Shown: piece by piece, positions 40,790-53,200 of the stretch
How the letters are laid out: every line of letters starts with the position of its first letter
Numbering within the stretch: the stretch's first letter is position 1
Origin: Eledone cirrhosa
Taxonomy: Eukaryota
Assembly: GCA_964016885.1 (NCBI GenBank)
Contig: OZ024743.1
Span: 36,332,001-36,396,000, forward strand
Length of the DNA: 64,000 nucleotides
Reading direction: 5' to 3'
The notes under the pieces: model-generated
The model's database searches: none
What the model saw: the letters and a program-made list of their open reading frames with translations, nothing else
Told to the model about the DNA's origin: nothing
Made by a program: the position numbers and the translations under genes

Positions 40790-42960
40790 AGTCTTTGTTA
40801 ATGTTCCTCTACAGTCTTTGTTAATGTTCCTCTACAGTACTTGTTAATGTTCCTCTACAGTCTTTGTTAATGTTCCTCTACAGTCCTTGTTAATGTTCCG
40901 CTATAGTTTTTGTTAATGTTCCTCTACAATCTTTGTTAATGTTCCTCTGCAGTCTTTGTTAATGTTCCTCTGCAGTCTTTGTTAATGTTCCTCTACAGTC
41001 TTTGTTAATGCTCCTCTACAGTCTTTGTTAATGTTCGTCTACAGTCCTTGTTAATGTTCCTCTACAGTCTTTGTTAATGTTCCTCTACAGTCTTTGTAAA
41101 TGTTCCTCTACAGTCTTTGTTAATGTTCCTCTACAGTCTTTGTTAATGTTCCTCTACAGTCTTTGTTAATGTTCCTCTACAGTCTTTGTTATTGTTCCTC
41201 TACAGTCTTTGTTAATGTTCCTCTACAGTCTTTGTTAATGTTCCTCTACAGTCTTTGTTAATGTTCATCTACAGTCTTTGTTAATGTTCCTCTACAGTCT
41301 TTGTTAATGTTCCTCTACAGTCTTTGTTAATGTTCCTCTACAATCTTTGTTAATGTTCCTCTACAGTCTTTGTTAATGTTCCTCTACAGTCTTTGTTAAT
41401 GTTCCTCTACAGTCTTTGTTAATGTTCCTCTACAGTCTTTGTTAATGTTCCTCCACAGTCTTTGTTAATGCTCCTCTACAGTCTTTGTTAATGTTCGTCT
41501 ACAGTCTTTGTTAATGTTCCTCTACAGTCTTTGTTAATGTTCCTCTATGGTCACAGTTAATGTTCCTCTACAGTCTTTGTTAATGTTCCTGTACAGTCTT
41601 TGTTAATGTTCCTCTACAGTCTTTGTTAATGTTCCTCTACAGTCTTTGTTAATGTTCCTCTACAGTCTTTGTTAATGTTCCTCTACAGTCTTTGTTAATG
41701 TTCCTCTACAGTCTTTGTTAATGTTCCTCTACAGTCTTTGTTAATGTTCCTGTACAGTCTTTGTTAACGTTCCTCTACAGTCCCAGTTAATGTTCTTCTA
41801 CAGTATTTTTTAATGTTCCTCTATAGTCCCAGTTAATGTTCCTCTACAGTCCTTGTTAATGTTCCTCTACAGTCTTTGTTAATGTTCCTCTACAGTCCTT
41901 GTTAATGTTCCTCTATAGTCCCAGTTAATGTTCCTCTACAGTCTTTGTTAATGTTCCTCTACAGTCTTTGTTAATGTTCCTCTACAGTACTTGTTAATGT
42001 ATCTACAGTCTTTGTTAATGTTCCTCTACAGTCCTTGTTAATGTTCCGCTATAGTTTTTGTTAATGTTCCTCTACAATCTTTGTTAATGTTCCTCTGCAG
42101 TCTTTGTTAATGTTCCTCTGCAGTCTTTGTTAATGTTCCTCTACAGTCTTTGTTAATGCTCCTCTACAGTCTTTGTTAATGTTCGTCTACAGTCCTTGTT
42201 AATGTTCCTCTACAGTCTTTGTTAATGTTCCTCTACAGTCTTTGTAAATGTTCCTCTACAGTCTTTGTTAATGTTCCTCTACAGTCTTTGTTAATGTTCC
42301 TCTACAGTCTTTGTTAATGTTCCTCTACAGTCTTTGTTATTGTTCCTCTACAGTCTTTGTTAATGTTCCTCTACAGTCTTTGTTAATGTTCCTCTACAGT
42401 CTTTGTTAATGTTCCTCTACGGTCCTTGTTAATGTTCCTCCACAGTCTTTGTTAATGCTCCTCTACAGTCTTTGTTAATGTTCGTCTACAGTCTTTGTTA
42501 ATGTTCCTCTACAGTCTTTGTTAATGTTCCTCTATGGTCACAGTTAATGTTCCTCTACAGTCTTTGTTAATGTTCCTGTACAGTCTTTGTTAATGTTCCT
42601 CTACAGTCTTTGTTAATGTTCCTCTACAGTCTTTGTTAATGTTCCTCTACAGTCTTTGTTAATGTTCCTCTACAGTCTTTGTTAATGTTCCTCTACAGTC
42701 TTTGTTAATGTTCCTCTACAGTCTTTGTTAATGTTCCTGTACAGTCTTTGTTAACGTTCCTCTACAGTCCCAGTTAATGTTTTTCTACGGTATTTTTTAA
42801 TGTTCCTCTATAGTCCCAGTTAATGTTCCTCTACAGTCCTTGTTAATGTTCCTCTACAGTCTTTGTTAATGTTCCTCTACAGTCCTTGTTAATGTTCCTC
42901 TATAGTCCCAGTTAATGTTCCTCTACAGTCTTTGTTAATGTTCCTCTACAGTCTTTGTTA
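40790..42960 (+). repeat. Imperfect ~1.0-1.15 kb duplication
   Basis: GTACTTG...CCGCTATAGTTTTTG...CTGCAG x2 occurs at 40900 and 42048 (offset 1148). The later markers CTCCACAG and TATGGTCACAG recur at a shorter offset, implying loss of whole monomers. Confidence 0.8.
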
Positions 42961-45900
42961 ATGTTCCTCTACAGTCCGAGTTAATGTTCCTCTACAGTCT
43001 TTGTTAATGTTCCTCTACAATCTTTGTTAATGTTCCTGGACAGTTCTTGTTAATGTTCCTCTATAGTCCCAGTTAATGTTCCTCTACAGTCCTTGTTAAT
43101 GTTCCTCTACGGTCTTTGTTAATGTTCCTGTACAGTCCTTGATAACATTCCTCTATAGTCCCAGTTAATATTCCTCTACAGTCTTTGATAATGTTCGTGT
43201 ACAGTCCTTGTTAATGTTCCTCTATAGTCCCGGTTAATGTTCCTCTACAGTCCTTGTTAATGTTCCTGTACAGTCTTTGTTAATGTTCCTGTACAGTCCT
43301 TGTTAATATTCCTCTATAGTCCCAGTTAATGTTCCTCTACAGTCCTTGTTAATGTTCCTCTACAATCTTTGTTAATATTCCTGTACAGTCCTTGATAATG
43401 TTCCTCTATAGTCCTTGTTAATGTTCCTCTACAGTCTTTGTTAATGTTCCTGTACAGTCCTTGTTAATGTTCCTCTATAGTCCCAGTTAATGTTCCCCTA
43501 CAGTCCTTATTAATGTTCCTCTACACTCTTTGTTAATATTCCCCTACAGTCTTTGTTAATGTTCCTCTACAGTCTTTGTTAATGTTCCTCTATAGTCCCA
43601 GTTAATGGTCCCCTACAGTATTTGTTAATGTTCCTCTACAGTCCTTGTTAATGTTCCTCTACAGTCCCAGTTAATGTTCCTCTACAGTGCTTGTTAATGT
43701 TCCTCTACAGTCTTTGTTAATGTTCCTCTATAGTCCCAGTTAATGTTCCCCTACAGTCTTTGTTAATGTTCCCCTACAGTCTTTGTTAATGTTCCTCTAC
43801 AGTCTTTGTTAATGTTCCACTATAGTCCCAGTTAATTTTCCCCTACAGTCTTTGTTAATGTTCCTCTACAGTCTTTGTTAATGTTCCTCTACAGTCTTTG
43901 TTAATGTTCCTCTATAGTCCCAGTTAATGTTCCCCTACAGTCTTTGTTTATGTTCCTCTACAGTCCTTGTTAATGTTCCTCTACAGTCCCAGTTAATAAT
44001 CATCTACAGTCCTTATTAATGTTCCTCTACAGTCCTTGTTAATGTTCCTCAACAGTCCTTGTTAATGTTCCTCTACAGTCTTTGTTAATGTTCCTCTACA
44101 GTCCCAGTTAATAATCCTCTACAGTCCTTTTTAATGTTCCTCTTCAGTCCTTGTTAATGTTCCTCTACAGTCCTTGTTAATGTTCCTCTACAGTCTTTGT
44201 TAATGTTCCTCTACAGTCTTTGTTAATGTTCCTCTACAGTCGCAGTTAATAATCCTCTACATTCTTTATTAATGTTCCTCTACAGTCCTTGTTAATGTTC
44301 CTCTACAGTCCTTGTTAATGTTCCTCTACAGTCCTTGTTAATGTTCCTCTACATTCTTTGTTAATGTTCCTCTACAGTCTTTGTTAATGTTCCTCTAGAG
44401 TCTTTGTTAATATTCCTCTACAGTCTTTGTTAATGTTCCTCTACAGTCCTTGATAATGTTCCTCTACAGTCCTTGTTAATGTTCCTCGACAGTCTTTGTT
44501 AATGTTCCCCTACAGTCTTTGTTAATGTTCCCCTACAGTCTTTGTTAATATACCTCTACAGTCTTTGTTAATGTTCCTCTACAGTCTTTGTTAATGTTCC
44601 TCTACAGTCTTTGTTAATGTGCCTCTACAGTCTTTGTTAATGTTCCTCTACAGTCTTTGTTAATGTTCCTCTACAGTCTTTGTTAATGTTCCTCTACAGT
44701 CTTTGTTAATGTTCCTCTACAGTCTTTGTTAATGTTTCTCTACAGTCCATGTTAATGTTCCTCTACAGTCTTTGTTAATGTTCCCCTACAGTCTTTGTTA
44801 ATATACCTCTACAGTCTTTGTTAATGTTCCTCTACAGTCTTTGTTAATGTTCCTCTACAGTCTTTGTTAATGTTCCTGTACAGTCTTTGTTAACGTTCCT
44901 CTACAGTCCCAGTTAATGTTCTTCTACAGAATTTTTTAATGTTCCTCTATAGTCCCAGTTAATGTTCCTCTACAGTCCTTGTTAATGTTCCTCTACAGTC
45001 TTTGTTAATGTTCCTCTACAGTTCTTGTTAATGTTCCTCTATAGTCCCAGTTAATGTTCCTCTACAGTCTTTGTTAATGTTCCTCTACAGTCTTTGTTAA
45101 TGTTCCTCTACAGTCCGAGTTAATGTTCCTCTACAGTCTTTGTTAATGTTCCTCTACAATCTTTGTTAATGTTCCTGGACAGTTCTTGTTAATGTTCCTC
45201 TATAGTCCCAGTTAATGTTCCTCTACAGTCCTTGTTACTGTTCCTCTACAGTCTTTGTTAATGTTCCTGTACAGTCCTTGATAACATTCCTCTATAGTCC
45301 CAGTTAATGTTCCTCTACAGTCTTTGTTAATGTTCGTGTACAGTCCTTGTTAATGTTCCTCTATAGTCCCAGTTAATGTTCCTCTACAGTCCTTGTTAAT
45401 GTTCCTGTACAGTCTTTGTTAATGTTCCTGTACAGTCCTTGTTAATGTTCCTCTATAGTCCCAGTTAATGTTCCTCTACAGTCCTTGTTAATGTTCCTCT
45501 ACAATCTTTGTTAATATTCCTGTACAGTCCTTGATAATGTTCCTCTATAGTCCCAGTTAATGTTCCTCTACAGTCCTTGTTAATGTTCCTCTACAGTCTT
45601 GTTAATGTTCCTGTACAGTCCTTGTTAATGTTCCTCTATAGTCCCAGTTATGTTCCCCTACAGTCCTTATTAATGTTCCTCTACACTCTTTGTTAATATT
45701 CCTCTACAGTCTTTGTTAATGTTCCTCTACAGTCTTTGTTAATGTTCCTCTATAGTCCCAGTTAATGGTCCCCTACAGTCTTTGTTAATGTTCCTCTACA
45801 GTCCTTGTTAATGTTCCTCTACAGTCCCAGTTAATGTTCCTCTACAGTGCTTGTTAATGTTCCTCTACAGTCTTTGTTAATGTTCCTCTATAGTCCCAGT

Positions 45901-46800
45901 TAATGTTCCCCTACAGTCTTTGTTAATGTTCCCCTACAGTCTTTGTTAATGTTCCTCTACAGTCTTTGTTAATGTTCCACTATAGTCCCAGTTAATTTTC
46001 CCCTACAGTCTTTGTTAATGTTCTTCTACAGTCCTTGTTAATGTTCCTCTACAGTCCCAGTTAATGTTCCTCTACAGTCCTTGTTAATGTTCCTCTACAG
46101 TCTTTGTTAATGTTCCTCTATAGTCCCAGTTAATGTTCCCCTACAGTATTTGTTTATGTTCCTCTACAGTCCTTGTTAATGTTCCTCTACAGGCCCAGTT
46201 AATAATCCTCTACAGTCCTTATTAATGTTCCTCTACAGTCCTTGTTAATGTTCCTCAACAGTCCTTGTTAATGTTCCTCTACAGTCTTTGTTAATGTTCC
46301 TCTACAGTCCCAGTTAATAGTCCTCTACAGTCCTTTTTAACGTTCCTCTTCAGTCCTTGTTAATGTTCCTCTACAGTCCTTGTTAATGTTCCTCTACAGT
46401 CTTTGTTAATGTTCCTCTACAGTCTTTGTTAATGTTCCTCTACAGTCGCAGTTAATAATCCTCTACATTCTTTATTAATGTTCCTCTACAGTCCTTGTTA
46501 ATGTTCCTCTACAGTCCTTGTTAATGTTCCTCTACAGTCTTTGTTAATGTTCCTCTACAGTCTTTGTTAATGTTCCTCTAGAGTCTTTGTTAATATTCCT
46601 CTACAGTCTTTGTTAATGTTCCTCTACAGTCCTTGATAATGTTCCTCTACAGTCCTTGTTAATGTTCCTCGACAGTCTTTGTTAATGTTCCGCTACAGTC
46701 TTTGTTAATGTTCCCCTACAGTCTTTGTTAATATACCTCTACAGTCTTTGTTAATGTTCCTCTACAGTCTTTGTTAATGTTCGTCTACAGTCTTTGTTAA
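42730..46800 (+). repeat. Imperfect ~2.1-2.2 kb duplication rich in TATAGTCCCAG monomers
   Basis: GATAACATTCC (~43141/~45280), AATGGTCCCC (~43604/~45764) and GTCGCAG (44242/46448) recur in the same order. Confidence 0.85.
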
Positions 46801-49800
46801 TGTTCCTCTACAGTCTTTGTTAATGTTCCTATACAGTCCTTGTTAATGTTCCTCTACAGTCCTTGTTAATGTTCCTCTACAGTCCGAGTTAATGTTCCTC
46901 TACAGTCTTTGTTAATGTTCCTCTACAGTCTTTGTTAATGTTCCTGGACAGTTCTTGTTAATGTTCCTGTACAGTCCTTGATAATATTCCTCTATAGTCC
47001 CAGTTAATGTTCCTCTACAGTCTTTGTTAATGTTCCTGTACAGTCCTTGGTAATGTTCCTCTATAGTCACAGTTAATGTTCCTCTACAGTCCTTGTTAAT
47101 GTTCCTCTACAGTCTTTGTTACTATTCCGCTACAGTCTTTGTTAATGTTCCTCTACAGTCTTTGTTAATGTTCCTCTACAGTCCTTGTTAATGTTCCTCA
47201 ACAGTCTTTGTTAATGTTCCTCTACAGTCCTTGTTAATGTTCCTCAAGTGTCTTTGTTAATGTTCCTCTACAGTCCTTGTTAATGTTCCTCAACAGTCTT
47301 TGTTAATATTCCTCTACAGTCCTTGTTAATGTTCCTCTACAGTCTTTGTTAATGTTCCTCTGCAGTCTTTGTTAATGTTCCTCTACAGTCCTTGTTAATG
47401 TTCCTCTACAGTCTTTGTTAATGTTCCTCTACAGTCCTTGTTAATGTTCCTCTACAGTCCTTGTTAATTTCCTCTACAGTCTTTGTTAATGTTCCTCTAC
47501 AGTCTTTGTTAATGTTCCTCTACAGTCTTTGTTAATGTTCCGCTACAGTCCTTGTTAATGTTCCTCTACAGTCTTTGTTAATGGTCCTCTACAGTCTTTG
47601 TTAATGTTCCTCTACAGTCTTTGTTAATGTTCCTCTACAGTCTTTGTTAATGTTCCTCTACAGTCTTTGTTAATGTTCCTCTACAGTCCTTGTTAATGTT
47701 CCTCTACAGTCCTTGTTAATGTTCCTCAACAGTCTTTGTTAATGTTCCTCTACAGTCCTTGTTAATGTTCCTCTACAGTCTTTGTTAATGTTCCTCTACA
47801 GTCTTTGTTAATGTTCCTCTACAGTCTTTGTTAATGTTCCTCTACAGTCTTTGTTAATGTTCCCCTACTGTCTTTGTTAATGTTCCCCTACAACCCTTGT
47901 TAATGTTCCCTACAGTCTTTGTTAATGTTCCTCTACAGTCCTTGTTAATGTTCCTCTATAGTCCTTGTTATTGTTCCTCTAGAGTCCTCTCTACAGTCTT
48001 TGTTAATGTTCCCCTACTGTCTTTGTTAATGTTCCCCTACAGCCCTTGTTAATGTTCCCTACAGTCTTTGTTAATGTTCCTCTACAGTCCTTGTTAATGT
48101 TCCTCTATAGTCCTTGTTATTGTTCCTCTACAGTCCTTGTTAATGTTCCTCTACAGTCCATGTTAATGTTCCTCTACAGTCCTTGTTAATGTTCCTCTAC
48201 AGTCCTTGTTAATGTTCCTCTACAGTCTTTGTTAATGTGCCTGTACAGTCTTTGTTAATGTTCCTCTACAGTCTTTGTTAATGTTCCCCTACTGTCTTTG
48301 TTAATGTTCCCCTACAACCCTTGTTAATGTTCCCTACAGTCTTTGTTAATGTTCCTCTACAGTCTTTGTTAATGTTCCTCTATAGTCCTTGTTAATGTTC
48401 CCTTACAAGCCTTGTTAATGTTCCTCTACAGTCCTTGTTAATGTTCCTCTACAGTCTTTGTTAGTGTTCCTCTACAGTCTTTGTTAATGTTCTTCTACAG
48501 TCTTTGTAAATGTTCCTCTACAGTTTTTTAATGTTCCTCTACAGTCTTTGTTAATGTTCCTCTACAGTCTTTGTAAATGTTCCTCTACAGTCTTTGTTAA
48601 TGTTCCTCTACAGTCTTTGTTAATGTTCCTCTACAGTCTTTGTTAATGTTCCTCTACAGTCTTTGTTAATCTTCCTCTACAGTCTTTGTTAATGTTCCTC
48701 TACAGTCTTTGTTAATCTTCCTCTACAGTCTTTGTTAATGTTCCTCTACAGTCTTTGTTAATTTTCCTCTACAATCTTTGTTATGTTCCTCTACAGTCTT
48801 TGTTAATGTTCCTCTACAGGCTTTGTTAATGTTCCTCTACAATCTTTGTTAATGTTCCTCTACAGTCTTTGTTTATGTTTCTCTACAGTCTTTGTTAATG
48901 GACCTCTACAGTCTTTGTTAATGTTCCTCTACAATCTTTGTTAATGTTCCTCTACACTCTTTGTTAATGTTCCTCTACAGTCTTTGTTAATGTTCCTGTA
49001 CAGTCTTTGTTAACGTTCCTCTACAGTCCCAGTTAATGTTCTTCTACAGTATTTTTTAATGTTCCTCTATAGTCCCAGTTAATGTTCCTCTACAGTCCTT
49101 GTTAATGTTCCTCTACAGTCTTTGTTAATGTTCCTCTACAGTCCTTGTTAATGTTCCTCTATAGTCCCAGTTAATGTTCCTCTACAGTCTTTGTTAATGT
49201 TCCTCTACAGTCTTTGTTAATGTTCCTCTACAGTCCGAGTTAATGTTCCTCTACAGTCTTTGTTAATGTTCCTCTACAATCTTTGTTAATGTTCCTGGAC
49301 AGTTCTTGTTAATGTTCCTCTATAGTCCCAGTTAATGTTCCTCTACAGTCCTTGTTACTGTTCCTCTACAGTCTTTGTTAATGTTCCTGTACAGTCCTTG
49401 ATAACATTCCTCTATAGTCCCAGTTAATGTTCCTCTACAGTCTTTGTTAATGTTCGTGTACAGTCCTTGTTAATGTTCCTCTATAGTCCCAGTTAATGTT
49501 CCTCTACAGTCCTTGTTAATGTTCCTGTACAGTCCTTGTTAATGTTCCTCTATAGTCCCAGTTAATGTTCCTCTTCAGTCCTTGTTAATGTTCCTCTACA
49601 ATCTTTGTTAATATTCCTGTACAGTCCTTGATAATGTTCCTCTATAGTCCCAGTTAATGTTCCTCTACAGTCCTTGTTAATGTTCCTCTACAGTCTTGTT
49701 AATGTTCCTGTACAGTCCTTGTTAATGTTCCTCTATAGTCCCAGTTAATGTTCCCCTACAGTCCTTATTAATGTTCCTCTACACTCTTTGTTAATATTCC

Positions 49801-52800
49801 TCTACAGTCTTTGTTAATGTTCCTCTACAGTCTTTGTTAATGTTCCTCTATAGTCCCAGTTAATGGTCCCCTACAGTCTTTGTTAATGTTCCTCTACAGT
49901 CCTTGTTAATGTTCCTCTACAGTCCCAGTTAATGTTCCTCTACAGTGCTTGTTAATGTTCCTCTACAGTCTTTGTTAATGTTCCTCTATAGTCCCAGTTA
50001 ATGTTCCCCTACAGTCTTTGTTAATGTTCCCCTACAGTCTTTGTTAATGTTCCTCTACAGTCTTTGTTAATGTTCCACTATAGTCCCAGTTAATTTTCCC
50101 CTACAGTCTTTGTTAATGTTCCTCTACAGTCCTTGTTAATGTTCCTCTACAGTCCCAGTTAATGTTCCTCTACAGTCCTTGTTAATGTTCCTCTACAGTC
50201 TTTGTTAATGTTCCTCTATAGTCCCAGTTAATGTTCCCCTACAGTATTTGTTTATGTTCCTCTACAGTCCTTGTTAATGTTCCTCTACAGTCCCAGTTAA
50301 TAATCCTCTACAGTCCTTATTAATGTTCCTCTACATTCCTTGTTAATGTTCCTCAACAGTCCTTGTTAATGTTCCTCTACAGTCTTTGTTAATGTTCCTC
50401 TACAGTCCCAGTTAATAGTCCTCTACAGTCCTTTTTAACGTTCCTCTTCAGTCCTTGTTAATGTTCCTCTACAGTCCTTGTTAATGTTCCTCTACAGTCT
50501 TTGTTAATGTTCCTCTACAGTCTTTGTTAATGTTCCTCTACAGTCGCAGTTAATAATCCTCTACATTCTTTATTAATGTTCCTCTACAGTCCTTGTTAAT
50601 GTTCCTCTACAGTCCTTGTTAATGTTCCTCTACAGTCCTTGTTAATGTTCCTCTACAGTCTTTGTTAATGTTCCTCTACAGTCTTTGTTAATGTTCCTCT
50701 AGAGTCTTTGTTAATATTCCTCTACAGTCTTTGTTAATGTTCCTCTACAGTCCTTGATAATGTTCCTCTACAGTCCTTGTTAATGTTCCTCGACAGTCTT
50801 TGTTAATGTTCCGCTACAGTCTTTGTTAATGTTCCCCTACAGTCTTTGTTAATATACCTCTACAGTCTTTGTTAATGTTCCTCTACAGTCTTTGTTAATG
50901 TTCGTCTACAGTCTTTGTTAATGTTCCTCTACAGTCTTTGTTAATGTTCCTATACAGTCCTTGTTAATGTTCCTCTATAGTCCTTGTTAATGTTCCTCTA
51001 CAGTCCGAGTTAATGTTCCTCTACAGTCTTTGTTAATGTTCCTCTACAGTCTTTGTTAATGTTCCTGGACAGTTCTTGTTAATGTTCCTGTACAGTCCTT
51101 GATAATATTCCTCTATAGTCCCAGTTAATGTTCCTCTACAGTCTTTGTTAATGTTCCTGTACAGTCCTTGGTAATGTTCCTCTATAGTCACAGTTAATGT
51201 TCCTCTACAGTCCTTGTTAATGTTCCTCTACAGTCTTTGTTACTATTCCGCTACAGTCTTTGTTAATGTTCCTCTACAGTCTTTGTTAATGTTCCTCTAC
51301 AGTCCTTGTTAATGTTCCTCAACAGTCTTTGTTAATGTTCCTCTACAGTCCTTGTTAATGTTCCTCAAGAGTCTTTGTTAATGTTCCTCTACAGTCCTTG
51401 TTAATGTTCCTCAACAGTCTTTGTTAATATTCCTCTACAGTCCTTGTTAATGTTCCTCTACAGTCTTTGTTAATGTTCCTCTGCAGTCTTTGTTAATGTT
51501 CCTCTACAGTCCTTGTTAATGTTCCTCTACAGTCTTTGTTAATGTTCCTCTACAGTCCTTGTTAATGTTCCTCTACAGTCCTTGTTAATTTCCTCTACAG
51601 TCTTTGTTAATGTTCCTCTACAGTCTTTGTTAATGTTCCTCTACAGTCTTTGTTAATGTTCCGCTACAGTCCTTGTTAATGTTCCTCTACAGTCTTTGTT
51701 AATGGTCCTCTACAGTCTTTGTTAATGTTCCTCTACAGTCTTTGTTAATGTTCCTCTACAGTCTTTGTTAATGTTCCTCTACAGTCTTTGTTAATGTTCC
51801 TCAACAGTCTTTGTTAATGTTCCTCTACAGTCCTTGTTAATGTTCCTCTACAGTCCTTGTTAATTTCCTCTACAGTCTTTGTTAATGTTCCTCTACAGTC
51901 TTTGTTAATGTTCCTCTACGGTCTTTGTTATTGTTCCTCTACAGTCTTTGTTAATGTTCCTCTACAGTCCTTGTTAATGTTCCTCTACAGTCTTTGTTAA
52001 TGTTCCTCTACAGTCTTTGTTAATGTTCCTCTACAGTCTTTGTTAATGTTCCTCTACAGTCTTTGTTAATGTTCCGCTACTGTCTTTGTTAATGTTCCCC
52101 TACTGTCTTTGTTAATGTTCCCCTACAACCCTTGTTAATGTTCCCTACAGTCTTTGTTAATGTTCCTCTACAGTCCTTGTTAATGTTCCTCTATAGTCCT
52201 TGTTATTGTTCCTCTACAGTCCTCTCTACAGTCTTTGTTAATGTTCCCCTACTGTCTTTGTTAATGTTCCCCTACAGCCCTTGTTAATGTTCCCTACAGT
52301 CTTTGTTAATGTTCCTCTACAGTCCTTGTTAATGTTCCTCTATAGTCCTTGTTATTGTTCCTCTACAGTCCTTGTTAATGTTCCTCTACAATCCATGTTA
52401 ATGTTCCTCTACAGTCCTTGTTAATGTTCCTCTACAGTCCTTGTTAATGTTCCTCTACAGTCTTTGTTAATGTGCCTGTACAGTCTTTGTTAATGTTCCT
52501 CTACAGTCTTTGTTAATGTTCCCCTACTGTCTTTGTTAATGTTCCCCTACAACCCTTGTTAATGTTCCCTACAGTCTTTGTTAATGTTCCTCTACAGTCT
52601 TTGTTAATGTTCCTCTATAGTCCTTGTTAATGTTCCCTTACAAGCCTTGTTAATGTTCCTCTACAGTCCTTGTTAATGTTCCTCTACAGTCTTTGTTATT
52701 GTTCCTCTACAGTCTTTGTTAATGTTCTTCTACAGTCTTTGTAAATGTTCCTCTACAGTTTTTTAATGTTCCTCTACAGTCTTTGTTAATGTTCCTCTAC

Positions 52801-53200
52801 AGTCTTTGTAAATGTTCCTCTACAGTCTTTGTTAATGTTCCTCTACAGTCTTTGTTAATGTTCCTCTACAGTCTTTGTTAATGTTCCTCTACAGTCTTTG
52901 TTAATCTTCCTCTACAGTCTTTGTTAATGTTCCTCTACAGTCTTTGTTAATCTTCCTCTACAGTCTTTGTTAATGTTCCTCTACAGTCTTTGTTAATTTT
53001 CCTCTACAATCTTTGTTATGTTCCTCTACAGTCTTTGTTAATGTTCCTCTACAGTCTTTGTTAATGTTCCTCTACAATCTTTGTTAATGTTCCTCTACAG
53101 TCTTTGTTTATGTTTCTCTACAGTCTTTGTTAATGGACCTCTACAGTCTTTGTTAATGTTCCTCTACAATCTTTGTTAATGTTCCTCTACACTCTTTGTT
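44860..53200 (+). repeat. Tandem duplication with ~4.1-4.2 kb offset: ~44860-48975 and ~48980-53200
   Basis: TTACTG 45238/49358 (+4120), GTCGCAG 46448/50546 (+4098), TCCTCAAG 47241/51362 (+4121), ATGGACCT 48901/53136 (+4235). The offset drifts by whole monomers. Confidence 0.88.
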
